From positions 1 to 61,002 of IMG/VR virus record IMGVR_UViG_3300011115_000173: 61,002 nucleotides of DNA. One strand, 5' to 3'. Under the pieces are notes generated by a model. That model saw only the letters and a list, made by a program, of their open reading frames with translations, had not been told where the DNA came from and did no database searches. This document shows, one piece after another, positions 1 through 9,300 of the stretch. A program made the position numbers and the translations under genes. The DNA is from a virus (Duplodnaviria > Caudoviricetes). How positions within the stretch are numbered: the first letter of the stretch is position 1; every line of letters starts with the position of its first letter.

Positions 1-284
1 CCACTTACTGCTGAAGTTGCGTTGTAGCAAGCACCATAACCACCGCCAGCAGAAGTGACGGTATCAAACACAGAATTTGAACCATTGGTTGCGTTGTAAC
101 CTGTTGACGCACCACCGCCAGCACCACCCGCACCACCAGCCCCCACTGTTACTGTGTATGGGGTAGCTAAACTAAATGCGGATGTGCCAGTTCTAAATCC
201 ACCAGCACCACCACCAGCACCAGCATTTCCCACAGTGGATGCACCACCACCGCCACCGCCACCGCCAACGACCAAATAGTCAAC
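1..284. repeat. Mosaic direct repeat, copy A (copy B at 60525-60811)
   Basis: 1-75 matches 60525-60599 with one mismatch; 208-284 is identical to 60735-60811 (77 bp); parts of the middle are divergent. Confidence 0.95.
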
Positions 285-1139
285 AGACACGCCGCTCGTC
301 AAAGAACCACTTGATGTGAACGTGTGAATGGTGTTTCCACCGCTTGATGTAACTGTTCCACCAGTAAACTTTGGTGAACCAACATAAGAGATGATGACTA
401 CACCTGAGCCGCCAGCGCCTCCGTTTCCGTTTCCCGAACCGCCGCCGCCACCGCCTAAATTTGCAGTTCCGTTTGAGCCAGCAGCAGCACTATTACTACC
501 ATTACCGCCGCCGCCAGAGCCGCCAGTTCCAGCCGTGTAGCTATTATTGCAACCGCCGCCGCCACCACCAGCATAGGTTACAGATGTGCCGCTAATGCTG
601 GAGACAGTACCCGCACCACCATTGCCGCCAACTTGAAAAGCAGCGTTTGCACCAACTGCGGAAGCGCCGCCGCCGCCACCACCTGCTGTGTAAGTTACGG
701 CATCGGTTAATCCAGCACCGCCAGCAAAGCCTTGGCCTGAAGTACCAGCACCACCAGCATTGCCGGAAAGTCCACCAACGCCGCCGCCACCAGAACCGCC
801 AGTGTTACCAACACCAGTGACACCTCCCGATGCGCCGCCACCGCCGCCAGTTGATGTGGCGGTATTGAATACGGAATTTGAACCATTTGAGCCATTTGCA
901 GATGAAGATGTAGAACCTGCGCCCCCAGCGCCAACGGTTACCGTATAAGTAAGCGTAGGGTTAAGAGAACTTGTCCCAGTAAGCAAACCACCAGCACCAC
1001 CTGCCCCTGAAGCATTACCTTGACCACCTCCACCACCCCCGCCAGAAACGACTAAGTAACTAACACTGACAGGCGCTGCACCACCTGTCCACCCGAAGGC
1101 GGCAAGAGCGGCTGCACCAATTTTTGATAAACGAGGCAT
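1..1139 (-). CDS. Glycine-rich adhesin/tail-fibre-associated protein (3' end runs off the window)
   Basis: Not in the ORF track. ATG at 1139 after GAGGA; open frame MPRLSKIGAAALAAFGWTGG...; two tandem domains each starting YLVV(S/G)GGGGGG, the first ending GGSGVVIISY; no stop before position 1. Confidence 0.85.
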   Translation of the reverse strand, partial: MPRLSKIGAAALAAFGWTGGAAPVSVSYLVVSGGGGGGGQGNASGAGGAGGLLTGTSSLNPTLTYTVTVGAGGAGSTSSSANGSNGSNSVFNTATSTGGGGGASGGVTGVGNTGGSGGGGVGGLSGNAGGAGTSGQGFAGGAGLTDAVTYTAGGGGGGASAVGANAAFQVGGNGGAGTVSSISGTSVTYAGGGGGGCNNSYTAGTGGSGGGGNGSNSAAAGSNGTANLGGGGGGSGNGNGGAGGSGVVIISYVGSPKFTGGTVTSSGGNTIHTFTSSGSLTSGVSVDYLVVGGGGGGGGASTVGNAGAGGGAGGFRTGTSAFSLATPYTVTVGAGGAGGAGGGASTGYNATNGSNSVFDTVTSAGGGYGACYNATSAVS

Positions 1140-1148
1140 CTTTTATCC

Positions 1149-2339
1149 TCAAGCAAATTTTGTTTGCGATGCCAAGATTGTGAAAGCGGCACTGCCTGTT
1201 TTGATAATCACGTAGGTGTAGCCATCAACAGAGCTTGCGTTGCCGCTTGTCGGGGCTGTGCCGCCCTGCCATTTCGGAGTCACAGAGTTGCCGTCAACGG
1301 TCACTGCTGAGTTGTAGTACGCCGTAGCGCCTTGCGTTGACAAGAATGTCAGCGACAAAGATTCGCCTGTGTTCATCAGAGTGTTTAGGGATATGCCGCT
1401 TGTGCCTCTAAAGTTCAGCGTGAAGTTACCCGTTGCATTGGTCGTGTAGTACAGAACCGCTTGAGTTGATGCGTCAAAGTTAATCGTGCCAGTAGAGGCA
1501 GTTGCAGAAACAGTGATGGTTTCACGAATGGTTGTGGCAAGCTGGTTGGTAATGGCGGGGCTGGTAAGAGTCTTATTGGTAAAAGTCTCTGTACCCGCAA
1601 GCGTTGCTAAAGTTCCCGTAGTGGGGAATGTGACGTTTGTTGTGCTTGTCAGCGTCCGTGTGTACGCAAAGTTGCCAGAACCAGTGACAGTCATTGCCGC
1701 ATTGTTTGCTACGCCAGTACCGCCGTTTGCCGCCCCTAGGGTTCCCGTTACCCCAGTGGTCAATGGCAAACCTGTGACGTTGGTCATTACACCTGATGTG
1801 GGAGTACCAAGCAAAGGCGTAACCAAAGTTGGACTGGTAGCCAGTACATTACTTCCAGAACCTGTATTGGTGACACTGACTATGTTCTTACTTGCGTCGA
1901 GCGCCAGAGCCGTAGAAGCAGTTAGGCCGGACAAGGTTGCTGTGCTTGAAGCAGCCAAAGTGGTGAATGCCCCCGCAGCCGGGGTTGTTGCACCAATGGC
2001 TGGGGGAAAGGCCAACGTATCCGTTGTGACTGTCTTGCCCGCTGGGTAGGTGACGAATACATCTTTTGTGCCCGCTGAAAAACTTAACGCGGAAGGTTGT
2101 GTTGCGGAACTATTTGACAGCACCGTTGTTCGGGCTAAAGTTGTGCCCGAAGAGGTGTATGTACCAATCCCAACTTCCCACTCAGTACCTGTTTGGGCCA
2201 CAATAGCGTAGTAGGTGGTGTTGGCATTACCAACTGCCGCAAAAGACTGAAACCCAGTTGATGCGCCAAGAAGCGTCACTGTTCCAGTACCTGTCGTGGT
2301 AGTAGTTTCTTTTATCCGGTCTGCAACGACGAGCGCCAT
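1149..2339 (-). CDS. Tail fibre-like structural protein
   Basis: 396-aa T/G/A/S-rich ORF with MALVVADRIKETTTTTGTG N-terminus and GTLGAANGGTG fibre-type repeat; lies in the tail cluster. Confidence 0.75.
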   Translation of the reverse strand: MALVVADRIKETTTTTGTGTVTLLGASTGFQSFAAVGNANTTYYAIVAQTGTEWEVGIGTYTSSGTTLARTTVLSNSSATQPSALSFSAGTKDVFVTYPAGKTVTTDTLAFPPAIGATTPAAGAFTTLAASSTATLSGLTASTALALDASKNIVSVTNTGSGSNVLATSPTLVTPLLGTPTSGVMTNVTGLPLTTGVTGTLGAANGGTGVANNAAMTVTGSGNFAYTRTLTSTTNVTFPTTGTLATLAGTETFTNKTLTSPAITNQLATTIRETITVSATASTGTINFDASTQAVLYYTTNATGNFTLNFRGTSGISLNTLMNTGESLSLTFLSTQGATAYYNSAVTVDGNSVTPKWQGGTAPTSGNASSVDGYTYVIIKTGSAAFTILASQTKFA

Positions 2340-2357
2340 ATATATCCTTAGTCTGTC

Positions 2358-2867
2358 TTAAGTGCTTACCAACGTCCAGCTAGAAGATTGAGCGTCGTTA
2401 ACATTTTGCCAGTTTGCGGTCTGACTGTCATCTACCAAAATCCAATAAACGGGAATCACAGTTCCAACTGCACCCGAGGCTTGAACTCCAGACAACGCAA
2501 AAGACTTTGAAAATCCAACCGACCCAACGCCTCCACTTGCCAAATTCCCGGTTATCTCTGCTCCTCTAACAAATGCGACTGTACCTACAAGCCCTGAAGC
2601 TACCACTCCCGTAAGAGCATTCGAAATAGCAGGGGCTACTGTGCCAACCGACCCTATAGCCACATCGCCAGTCGTTACATCCGACTCGTTGTAGATCATC
2701 GTCCCAACAAGACCGGAAGCCGCTACACCTGATAGATCAAGGGACGTATCTCCGCGAGAAACAGTACCAACACTTCCAGACGCGGACACGCCCGTAAGGG
2801 CGACAGCAGTTACGCTTTCACCAAGAGCCGAAAACGGGGCTTGTGAAAATGCGGATATACCAAACAT
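2358..2867 (-). CDS. Putative tail/virion structural protein with xLTGVxAxGxVG repeats
   Basis: 169 aa with repeated GV(S/A)ASG(S/L)VGT units; late cluster. Confidence 0.6.
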   Translation of the reverse strand: MFGISAFSQAPFSALGESVTAVALTGVSASGSVGTVSRGDTSLDLSGVAASGLVGTMIYNESDVTTGDVAIGSVGTVAPAISNALTGVVASGLVGTVAFVRGAEITGNLASGGVGSVGFSKSFALSGVQASGAVGTVIPVYWILVDDSQTANWQNVNDAQSSSWTLVST

Positions 2868-2892
2868 GGTCTACGGCTTGCGCCGCCCCCGC

Positions 2893-3384
2893 TTAGGTTG
2901 TTGCCAAGCGAATTAACGCCGCTGCGGTTGTATTTGCAGGCATTGTCAGTAAAAACGTACCCGCCGTAATGGTCTGTGAACCAAACGTATGGACACTGAT
3001 GGCCTTGTTGCTCTGGGTCGAGTTATACAACAACACGGTATCAAACGCCGTAGACAGTGTTACGGTGGTATAGGTGAGTGAAGCTGAAGGAGTCCAGTAA
3101 CCCACACCAGCAGTAGCGGAACTGTTGGTAGAGGTAGGAGCCGTGGCATTCGTTACCGTTACGCCACCAGCACTGTAGCCTGTACCTGAAACTTCACCTG
3201 TTACCGTGTACACAGTGGTAGCGGCATTGATTGTTGCCGATGCCAAGTACAGTGCTGCTTTAAGCGTGTCTGTGGTGGGAGCGGTCAAACTTCCACGACT
3301 AACAATAGTTGATGCACCAAGCTGGTGTTGGCCTAACATCAGTTCACCAAGGAACGATGTACACATTGATTGGGTATTTGCCAC
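2893..3384 (-). CDS. Virion structural protein, paralogous to 3598-4044
   Basis: GTG start after AAAGGA; shares K.ALY, EV.GTGY.AGG and LxYNSTQ..K motifs with 3598-4044. Confidence 0.65.
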   Translation of the reverse strand: MANTQSMCTSFLGELMLGQHQLGASTIVSRGSLTAPTTDTLKAALYLASATINAATTVYTVTGEVSGTGYSAGGVTVTNATAPTSTNSSATAGVGYWTPSASLTYTTVTLSTAFDTVLLYNSTQSNKAISVHTFGSQTITAGTFLLTMPANTTAAALIRLATT

Positions 3385-3394
3385 GGTTTATCCT

Positions 3395-3589
3395 TTAAGC
3401 AAAAGAAGCGGTTTCAGCGCCAGCAAAAATAGGCGCTTTTTTTAAGGTCACATGTGCAGAGCGATGGACAAGTTCTTGACCAAACCAATACTCAACCCAA
3501 GTAGTCAACTCGTTTTCATTATCCACGGTTCCTTCTCGCTTTTCAAGCAGAGAGTCGTCCATATCGCCTTTGGTAGTAGTTACAAGCAT
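3395..3589 (-). CDS. Hypothetical protein
   Basis: 64-aa ORF packed between the two paralogous structural genes. Confidence 0.6.
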   Translation of the reverse strand: MLVTTTKGDMDDSLLEKREGTVDNENELTTWVEYWFGQELVHRSAHVTLKKAPIFAGAETASFA

Positions 3590-3597
3590 ATTGGCCC

Positions 3598-4044
3598 CTA
3601 TGAAATTCGTACGATTGCGCTAGAAGCGTTGGCAGTTGGAAACACGATCTCAAAAGTAGTGTTGGTCACAGTTTTATCCGCGCCAAAATCCAGCACCGCT
3701 ACCGACTTGTCGCCCTGCGTACTGTTGTAGATCAGAGCGCCGCGAGCCGTAAACGACGAGCTAGCCCAAGACGAATTAGTAAAGCTAACATAGGTAGTGG
3801 GCACGTTCAGGTTATTATCCCCCGAGGTCGGGCTTGTGGAGATGACAAGTGTGTTGCCCCCCGCTGTGTAGCCCGTGCCAACCACCTCATTGCTTGTTGT
3901 ATATACAGTCGTGCCCGGGCCAATATTTGAGTCCGCCGTGTATAGGGCAATCTTGAATGTGTTGGGCGAGGTTGGGCCAAAGTTGTGAACCGCCTGAAGC
4001 AGTTCCACCTTGAAGCTGGTCGTGGATGTCTGGGCTATGGTCAT
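3598..4044 (-). CDS. Virion structural protein, paralogous to 2893-3384
   Basis: 148 aa; FKIALYT, EVVGTGYTAGG, ALIYNSTQGDK; ATGA-type coupling to the upstream gene. Confidence 0.65.
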   Translation of the reverse strand: MTIAQTSTTSFKVELLQAVHNFGPTSPNTFKIALYTADSNIGPGTTVYTTSNEVVGTGYTAGGNTLVISTSPTSGDNNLNVPTTYVSFTNSSWASSSFTARGALIYNSTQGDKSVAVLDFGADKTVTNTTFEIVFPTANASSAIVRIS

Positions 4045-4766
4045 GTGTTAACCCGCAGTTTGGTCTGCCCATCACGGTACGCATCCCCGCGCTCAAGCCC
4101 ATCTCCGAGACGTTTAGCCAACGCAACTGCTTCGGCGTACTTGGCGTTGTACAGCGCAACAAGATCGGCTTCACTCTTCATGTACGTCATCGCCTCGACC
4201 AAGCTACCATACAGCAAGACCGTATCAAAGTTGTCGCCCAGCCATGTTTGCCCGCTGGAGGCGACTGTGATCGACTCAGGGTAGTAGTAATAGTGCAACT
4301 CTACGTAGTACGCCGCATCAGGCGTTGGGCCAAGGATGAGTGATAGCTCGTTTGTAATTGCCGAACTGACGATGGTTGGCCCAAACAAAGCGTAATATTT
4401 TGGCACGCCCGTGGAGTTTGGAGTTGGGTACGCCTGACGAATAAAGTTAGCATCTTTGTTGAGCAAATATTCGTACGTACCAGTGTCTAAATTTGCCCCG
4501 GTAACACCTGTCACTAAAGCCAGCGAATACACGGCTAAAAAGTCGTTTGGCAAAGATACATACTTGTTGTTTGCTGTTATTGCCGAGTACTGATTTTTGC
4601 GGATTGCAGGAAACTGCACCGAGTTGTAGATGCGCTGCTCCGCCTGCGTGATAAGCAAGTTGATCTGCGTTGTGCTGGACACGGTAGACCCGTTCGCCAG
4701 ATACGTAGTTGGGAACTGGTTTTCGGTGTAGCTCTGTATAGCTGCTACAAGTTCGGTGTAAGTCAA
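4041..4766 (-). CDS. Head-tail adaptor / tail tubular A-like protein
   Basis: 241 aa with MTYTEL start, GVPKYYA, LGPTPD and LLYGSLVEA, the pattern of podovirus adaptor proteins. Confidence 0.6.
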   Translation of the reverse strand: MTYTELVAAIQSYTENQFPTTYLANGSTVSSTTQINLLITQAEQRIYNSVQFPAIRKNQYSAITANNKYVSLPNDFLAVYSLALVTGVTGANLDTGTYEYLLNKDANFIRQAYPTPNSTGVPKYYALFGPTIVSSAITNELSLILGPTPDAAYYVELHYYYYPESITVASSGQTWLGDNFDTVLLYGSLVEAMTYMKSEADLVALYNAKYAEAVALAKRLGDGLERGDAYRDGQTKLRVNT

Positions 4767-4779
4767 GGGTAAACCCTAG

Positions 4780-5028
4780 TTAAGCCATTGGGCCACGGGC
4801 GGTGATGCCCTTGATGGCTGCGCCATTTCCGCGAGTAATGGTACCAGCGGTCTTGGTCGTCTCGTTGCCAGCGGTCTTGCTCAGATTCCCAACGCTGATG
4901 TCCAGCGTATCCGTCTTGCTCAAGTTTGGCATCTTGCCGGGGTTCTCTTCCACCGTCACAGATTTACCGGACATGGTGTGCGGCTTGGCGTATGCAGCGG
5001 CTTGAAGGTTGTTTACTTTGGTCGCCAT
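4780..5028 (-). CDS. Small late protein
   Basis: 82 aa ending RGNGAAIKGITARGPMA; tightly packed in the late operon. Confidence 0.6.
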   Translation of the reverse strand: MATKVNNLQAAAYAKPHTMSGKSVTVEENPGKMPNLSKTDTLDISVGNLSKTAGNETTKTAGTITRGNGAAIKGITARGPMA

Positions 5029-5030
5029 AA

Positions 5031-5219
5031 TTAGCCTCGCTTTTGGTTTGCAACTTTAGCCAACCCACGGCCCATACTGAGCATGTCCGCATCGGTCTTG
5101 CCGCCAGAGCCGCCTTTACCGCCTTTTTGAACAGCCAGAGACGGGCCGCTATCACCGAGGTTGCGGCCTTTTGTTTTGCCTTTTGAGGCAATGCCGTTGG
5201 CTGCTGATTTGAATGCCAT
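5031..5219 (-). CDS. Small basic late protein
   Basis: 62 aa, K/G-rich; AAGGAG RBS. Confidence 0.65.
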   Translation of the reverse strand: MAFKSAANGIASKGKTKGRNLGDSGPSLAVQKGGKGGSGGKTDADMLSMGRGLAKVANQKRG

Positions 5220-5229
5220 GATCGACTCC

Positions 5230-5619
5230 TTATGTCGTTTGAACCGTTACTGTACCAATTATCACGCCTAATGCCAATAGATTTGGCGTTAGAGCATCGT
5301 CAAAAAGCCTAGAGCCGCCAACTGGTGCCCAGCCCCACTGAATATTCCGACTGCCTTCGCCTTGGTAGCCGTTTGCCAAGAGTCCAGAAGCCACATAGCT
5401 TCGGTCTGGTCGCGGGCTACGCACGGCTTGCGGGTCGTCAATTGGGTACATACCCAACAGCAACTGCGGCTGGTCTGGGTCCCAGCATGTCGAGCAAACC
5501 AAAATCTCGCGTATCTTTGTCTTGACAGTCTCTCGGCGCAAATGTGTCAACTTAAACCGAAAGCCACAACGATCACACTCGGCAATTGAGTTCTTACCAG
5601 AGGAAAACCGATTGCCCAC
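5230..5619 (-). CDS. Zinc-finger-containing late protein
   Basis: CDRC...CSTC pair followed by WDPDQPQL. Confidence 0.65.
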   Translation of the reverse strand: MGNRFSSGKNSIAECDRCGFRFKLTHLRRETVKTKIREILVCSTCWDPDQPQLLLGMYPIDDPQAVRSPRPDRSYVASGLLANGYQGEGSRNIQWGWAPVGGSRLFDDALTPNLLALGVIIGTVTVQTT

Positions 5620-6321
5620 TTACGTACCGCTTCCAATGAACATCTGGCGGGGTACGAACCGTACAGCGGCTTTCTCACGATCTTCGTCCGCAGCCAACTG
5701 CCAAGCCTCGTCATACTGCTGCTTGAGCACCATCAGGCGTTCCAGCCCTCCGGGCACCTTCATAGCCAAGTAGTACGCCAGCCCCGCCACCATGCAGGGG
5801 ATAAAGCGGAATGGTACAGCCATCGTGTTCACGCCAGTGCCAGCGTCATCAATGCGTTTCATGCGCCAGTACACGAACGTGTACGTCTGGCTTGCATCGG
5901 GAACAGGCCACACGGTAATTTGGGGAGCGGGCTGAAGGCGTTGAATCCACACCTGAATAGGACGTGCTTGAGCCAGCTTGTTTGGAATCGTGGCGTAGGT
6001 AGAAACGCTGATGCGGGTAATGGTCAGGTCAGCTTGGGTGGCGGAGCTGCCTGCTCCCGTGCGAATAACGTGCTCAAGAAGGTCTACCGTGTCTGCGGGA
6101 AGGGTGTAGGTAGCTGTACCGGGAACCATCGCAATAGACCCCTGCTCAAACGTCCACATGTTGATGCCGCGATTGGCCCAATCCGCAAACAACAGGTTTA
6201 AAGACCGTCTGGCCGTCTTTAGGTCGTATCCGGTACGCATCTCAGACCCGACGCGCTCAAACGCCTCCTCGACCAGTTCTACGAGGTCTAGGTTGAATGT
6301 TGCTGTACCGGAGGTTGCCAT
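5620..6321 (-). CDS. Head-tail connector / tail tubular A-like protein
   Basis: 233 aa; ARRSLNLLFADWANRG, VWPVPD and GLAYYLA motifs; located downstream of the capsid genes. Confidence 0.6.
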   Translation of the reverse strand: MATSGTATFNLDLVELVEEAFERVGSEMRTGYDLKTARRSLNLLFADWANRGINMWTFEQGSIAMVPGTATYTLPADTVDLLEHVIRTGAGSSATQADLTITRISVSTYATIPNKLAQARPIQVWIQRLQPAPQITVWPVPDASQTYTFVYWRMKRIDDAGTGVNTMAVPFRFIPCMVAGLAYYLAMKVPGGLERLMVLKQQYDEAWQLAADEDREKAAVRFVPRQMFIGSGT

Positions 6322-6554
6322 TATCTAAAACCTGCTGTTTTCTTTGCGATGCGTTTGGGCTGGGCTACAAACTGCTTCCCGGCGGCTTTTCCTGCGCGCT
6401 TGGCTTTGGTCGTCGCAGCGTACTCAGCAGGACTGAGATTCTTGATTGCAGCTTCTGGCAGATATCGTTCACCAGTGACACTAGATTTTTTACCACTTTT
6501 CGTCCTCCATTTTTGGTCGCCCCAGTCCTTGAGGGATTTCTGCGGTGCCTTCAT
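6321..6554 (-). CDS. Small basic late protein
   Basis: Likely start MKAPQKSLKDW at 6554, just after the upstream stop; K/R-rich. Confidence 0.65.
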   Translation of the reverse strand: MKAPQKSLKDWGDQKWRTKSGKKSSVTGERYLPEAAIKNLSPAEYAATTKAKRAGKAAGKQFVAQPKRIAKKTAGFR

Positions 6555-6555
6555 G

Positions 6556-6831
6556 TCAGTCTCGATATCCGCCGCCTGCGGCTTTATATTTTTTGGCAAC
6601 AAGTTGCGCTTTTCTGGCTGACCACTGGCCTGCGCCCGTACCTTGCGTAGCTGCGGACTTCACTTGAGACAAGATACGTTTGCGTAAGTCAGGCTTGGTG
6701 TAGTTTCCCGCAGCGTTGACCTTGCCCCCCGCTTTGAACTGCGTAAAGGCTGTGTCGTCCTTACGGGCAACTTTCTTGCCCTTCGGCATTTTGCCGGGGG
6801 CAATATCACCCATGCCCCGGCTTGCCATCAT
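6556..6831 (-). CDS. Small basic late protein
   Basis: 91 aa; FKAGGKV and GQWSARKAQL motifs. Confidence 0.65.
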   Translation of the reverse strand: MMASRGMGDIAPGKMPKGKKVARKDDTAFTQFKAGGKVNAAGNYTKPDLRKRILSQVKSAATQGTGAGQWSARKAQLVAKKYKAAGGGYRD

Positions 6832-7403
6832 GCGCGTGTCCTTCCGCGCTGGGCAATCCCGTCAGCACGTTTAGAAGCGGAACCGCCACTAGACAGCTTC
6901 AAGACTGTGCCCTTGCCGCCTTTGTGCTCTTGCGCGTCATGCTGTTTAAACGCTTTTAGAATCATGGCCTTGTCTCGCACCTTATCCATTCCTACGGAAC
7001 CGCCAGAAGCCATTTTCTTGACCCTACCACCACGTTTCATGCTCATGTCGCTGACATCTTTATTTTCGTAGTTAATGTTGGTACCGGGCATAACTACTTC
7101 AGACAAAGTAGAAGTACGACGGGGTTTATAGCCGCTCATGAGCGATTCCATACTTGGCGCACCGGGGTCTATGCTGTCCGCAGCTATTTGAGCCGCTCTA
7201 TCGCGTGCTTCGCCCGCTGTTGGGTCAACTTCTTTGCGGCGCGTTAAACCACGTTCTTTGTTTAAAAAATCACGTAGGCTAAGACCAGAGTCTTCTAGTT
7301 CTTTTTTACTAACAATTCGTTGTTTAGCAGGCGCTGCTTTATCGGCAACAAACTTCATTGCCCTAGCGCGTGTAGCGTCATCAATGTTAGGATTTTGAGC
7401 CAT
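6828..7403 (-). CDS. Basic internal-virion-like protein with repeated xxxGG motifs
   Basis: MKRGG, MASGG, LSSGG; ends ADGIAQRGRTRA. Confidence 0.6.
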   Translation of the reverse strand: MAQNPNIDDATRARAMKFVADKAAPAKQRIVSKKELEDSGLSLRDFLNKERGLTRRKEVDPTAGEARDRAAQIAADSIDPGAPSMESLMSGYKPRRTSTLSEVVMPGTNINYENKDVSDMSMKRGGRVKKMASGGSVGMDKVRDKAMILKAFKQHDAQEHKGGKGTVLKLSSGGSASKRADGIAQRGRTRA

Positions 7404-7406
7404 GAT

Positions 7407-7769
7407 TTAGCACTTCCCGCCGTTTTTCATTTTGACCATCGCGCCCTTGGTCTTACCCTTGGTTTCGATGCCGCCACCTTTAGCCATCTTGGTCGCGCCG
7501 CCTTTTTTCATGCCCATCATCTGCTTTTTGTCAGTCGCCATGTCAGCTTTAGAGCCTTCTTGTGCGCCTTTTTTCTTAGCCATCATTGCCATAAAACCAG
7601 CGTTCATTTTGGAAGCCATAGTGTCACCACCTTTTGAAAATTTACGGCCTTTGTCGGCCTTGTTAAAGTCCTGTCCCACGGACTGTGGGATTCCTACTTT
7701 CTTGGCGAACGATGGCGAGTGAGCAATCGCAGCCATGAAATTGTGTTGCTTCTTACTAGTCGATGGCAT
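7407..7769 (-). CDS. Basic K/G/M-rich late protein
   Basis: FSKGG, MKKGG, MAKGG, MKNGG. Confidence 0.65.
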   Translation of the reverse strand: MPSTSKKQHNFMAAIAHSPSFAKKVGIPQSVGQDFNKADKGRKFSKGGDTMASKMNAGFMAMMAKKKGAQEGSKADMATDKKQMMGMKKGGATKMAKGGGIETKGKTKGAMVKMKNGGKC

Positions 7770-7998
7770 GATGCCCTCTCAAGTTGTCAATTTTGCGTTC
7801 TAGTCTGTCAAACCTATCGAGCAACTGCTGCATATCCGCACGGAACTCAGAGCGAGTGATATGGTCACGCGCCACTTCTTCACGAGTACGGTTCAGCAAA
7901 ATACTGAGCCTGTCCAACTCATCAAACCTGCCTTTAAGCAAGAAACCCATAACCGCAACAATTGCGCTCAGGGCTGCGTTCCACAGCATCATTTCCAT
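7756..7998 (-). CDS. Small membrane-anchored coiled-coil protein
   Basis: Likely start MEMMLWN at 7998; N-terminal hydrophobic helix followed by heptads (FDRLERKID). Confidence 0.6.
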   Translation of the reverse strand: MEMMLWNAALSAIVAVMGFLLKGRFDELDRLSILLNRTREEVARDHITRSEFRADMQQLLDRFDRLERKIDNLRGHHAID

Positions 7999-7999
7999 G

Positions 8000-8257
8000 T
8001 CAGCACTTCCATCTTGCCAATGACGCCGCCTTACGGGTAGGCTTACCCTTCTCATCCTTCATCGGCCCCGGCATACCGCTCATACGGGCGCAGAATGAGT
8101 CCTTGCGCTTACCGCCTTGAGGCTGTGGCGCTTTCAGGTTGCTGCCCGTTGCAGCGTTGTATTTGGCACGGCCTTTGGCAGTCAACCCCGCTCCCTTGGA
8201 GACGGGTAGCTTTTCACCGCGCCCAACCGAAAGAACGGGGCTTTTTTTCTTAGCCAT
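8000..8257 (-). CDS. Small basic late protein
   Basis: 85 aa; GLTAKGRAKYN...RKDSFCARM...LARWKC. Confidence 0.7.
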   Translation of the reverse strand: MAKKKSPVLSVGRGEKLPVSKGAGLTAKGRAKYNAATGSNLKAPQPQGGKRKDSFCARMSGMPGPMKDEKGKPTRKAASLARWKC

Positions 8258-8762
8258 AGAAAATATTGCAAAAAGCTACGTTAGACAGGTACGCATAAAT
8301 GCCGTTAACAACAAGCACGCCGTCATCAGGAATAAAAGGTGCATTGTTAAATGTGTCCGATGCTGCTACGTCATACGACATCAACCAACGGCTTGCATAG
8401 GCCATTGCAGCGCCAGCAGTGATACTGCCAGAGTTAATGTCCGTAATGGTAAACGTACTTGAGTCGGTTACCGTGACAGGGTAGTTGCCATTGGTAGCCG
8501 TACCACCTGTACCAGCGGCAAAGTCAATGCCAATTACGTCGCCAGTTGTTAACCCATGCGCGGATTGCGTAACTGTTACGGTTGTACCAGAACGTCCATA
8601 AGTTGCCGTAGTTACGGGGGCAGTAGTCGTATCAAATAATGCCACAAACCCAGCAGTAGATGTTCCGGTAAACGAAATGGCTTTTACACGATTACGCCCA
8701 AGAACAAGAAAGCCGCTACCGTTTAGGTGCGCTTGTTTTACAGGTGTCTGATTCATAATCAA
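8250..8762 (-). CDS. Virion structural protein
   Basis: 170 aa, beta-rich; AAGGAG RBS; contains an AHGLTTGD...NGNYPVT insert. Confidence 0.6.
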   Translation of the reverse strand: MIMNQTPVKQAHLNGSGFLVLGRNRVKAISFTGTSTAGFVALFDTTTAPVTTATYGRSGTTVTVTQSAHGLTTGDVIGIDFAAGTGGTATNGNYPVTVTDSSTFTITDINSGSITAGAAMAYASRWLMSYDVAASDTFNNAPFIPDDGVLVVNGIYAYLSNVAFCNIFYG

Positions 8763-8799
8763 TCTCCTTTTATGCAGGGGCCGAAGCCCCCGAGATTAA

Positions 8800-9300
8800 T
8801 TAAGCAGACGCTGGGTTAGCAGAGCCGTCTGAATCACGGACAGTGTATGTGACCGACACAACTAGTGAACCAGCAGTTGCATCAGCCGTAGCCGCTGTAA
8901 ACGTACCGTAGATGATTGCATCAGTTGTTCCTACGTTGTTGGTCTTAGACGCAACAGTAGCCGCAGCAATCGTTGCAGGAGAGACTTGCACCACTGCTGT
9001 TCCAGTGTTCAGCGTAGTCATATAAAAGTTGGCTGTTCCAGAGGTTCCAATAACAACGCCGCAATTACTAGCGCCAGTTAAAGCAGTAATTACGTAGATA
9101 TCAAAACGCATAATTTGTGCGCCAGCAGGCAAAGTAAACATCTGCACTGCGGTAGGGGATGCCAAGATAGTGGCTGTGGCTACGGTATACGATTGAGAAA
9201 CAATCGTTGCACCCATATTGCGGATTGTGCCAGCGGTGGTGCCCGTAGTGTTTTTTACAGTGCCAAGCAGCCAAGGGCCGAGGTGAGTTGCGAATCCCAT
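8800..9300 (-). CDS. Putative capsid decoration/minor structural protein
   Basis: 166 aa, T/A-rich with LPAGAQI motif; first gene after the major capsid gene, with its own promoter. Confidence 0.55.
   Translation of the reverse strand: MGFATHLGPWLLGTVKNTTGTTAGTIRNMGATIVSQSYTVATATILASPTAVQMFTLPAGAQIMRFDIYVITALTGASNCGVVIGTSGTANFYMTTLNTGTAVVQVSPATIAAATVASKTNNVGTTDAIIYGTFTAATADATAGSLVVSVTYTVRDSDGSANPASA

Noticed and set aside
1-75. Direct terminal repeat
   Set aside because: The match is internal (60525), lies inside a coding repeat and is followed by divergent sequence; more likely an assembly break.
1-284. DGR template/variable repeat pair with 60525-60811
   Set aside because: No reverse transcriptase in the window; differences are blockwise, include an indel and are not adenine-specific.
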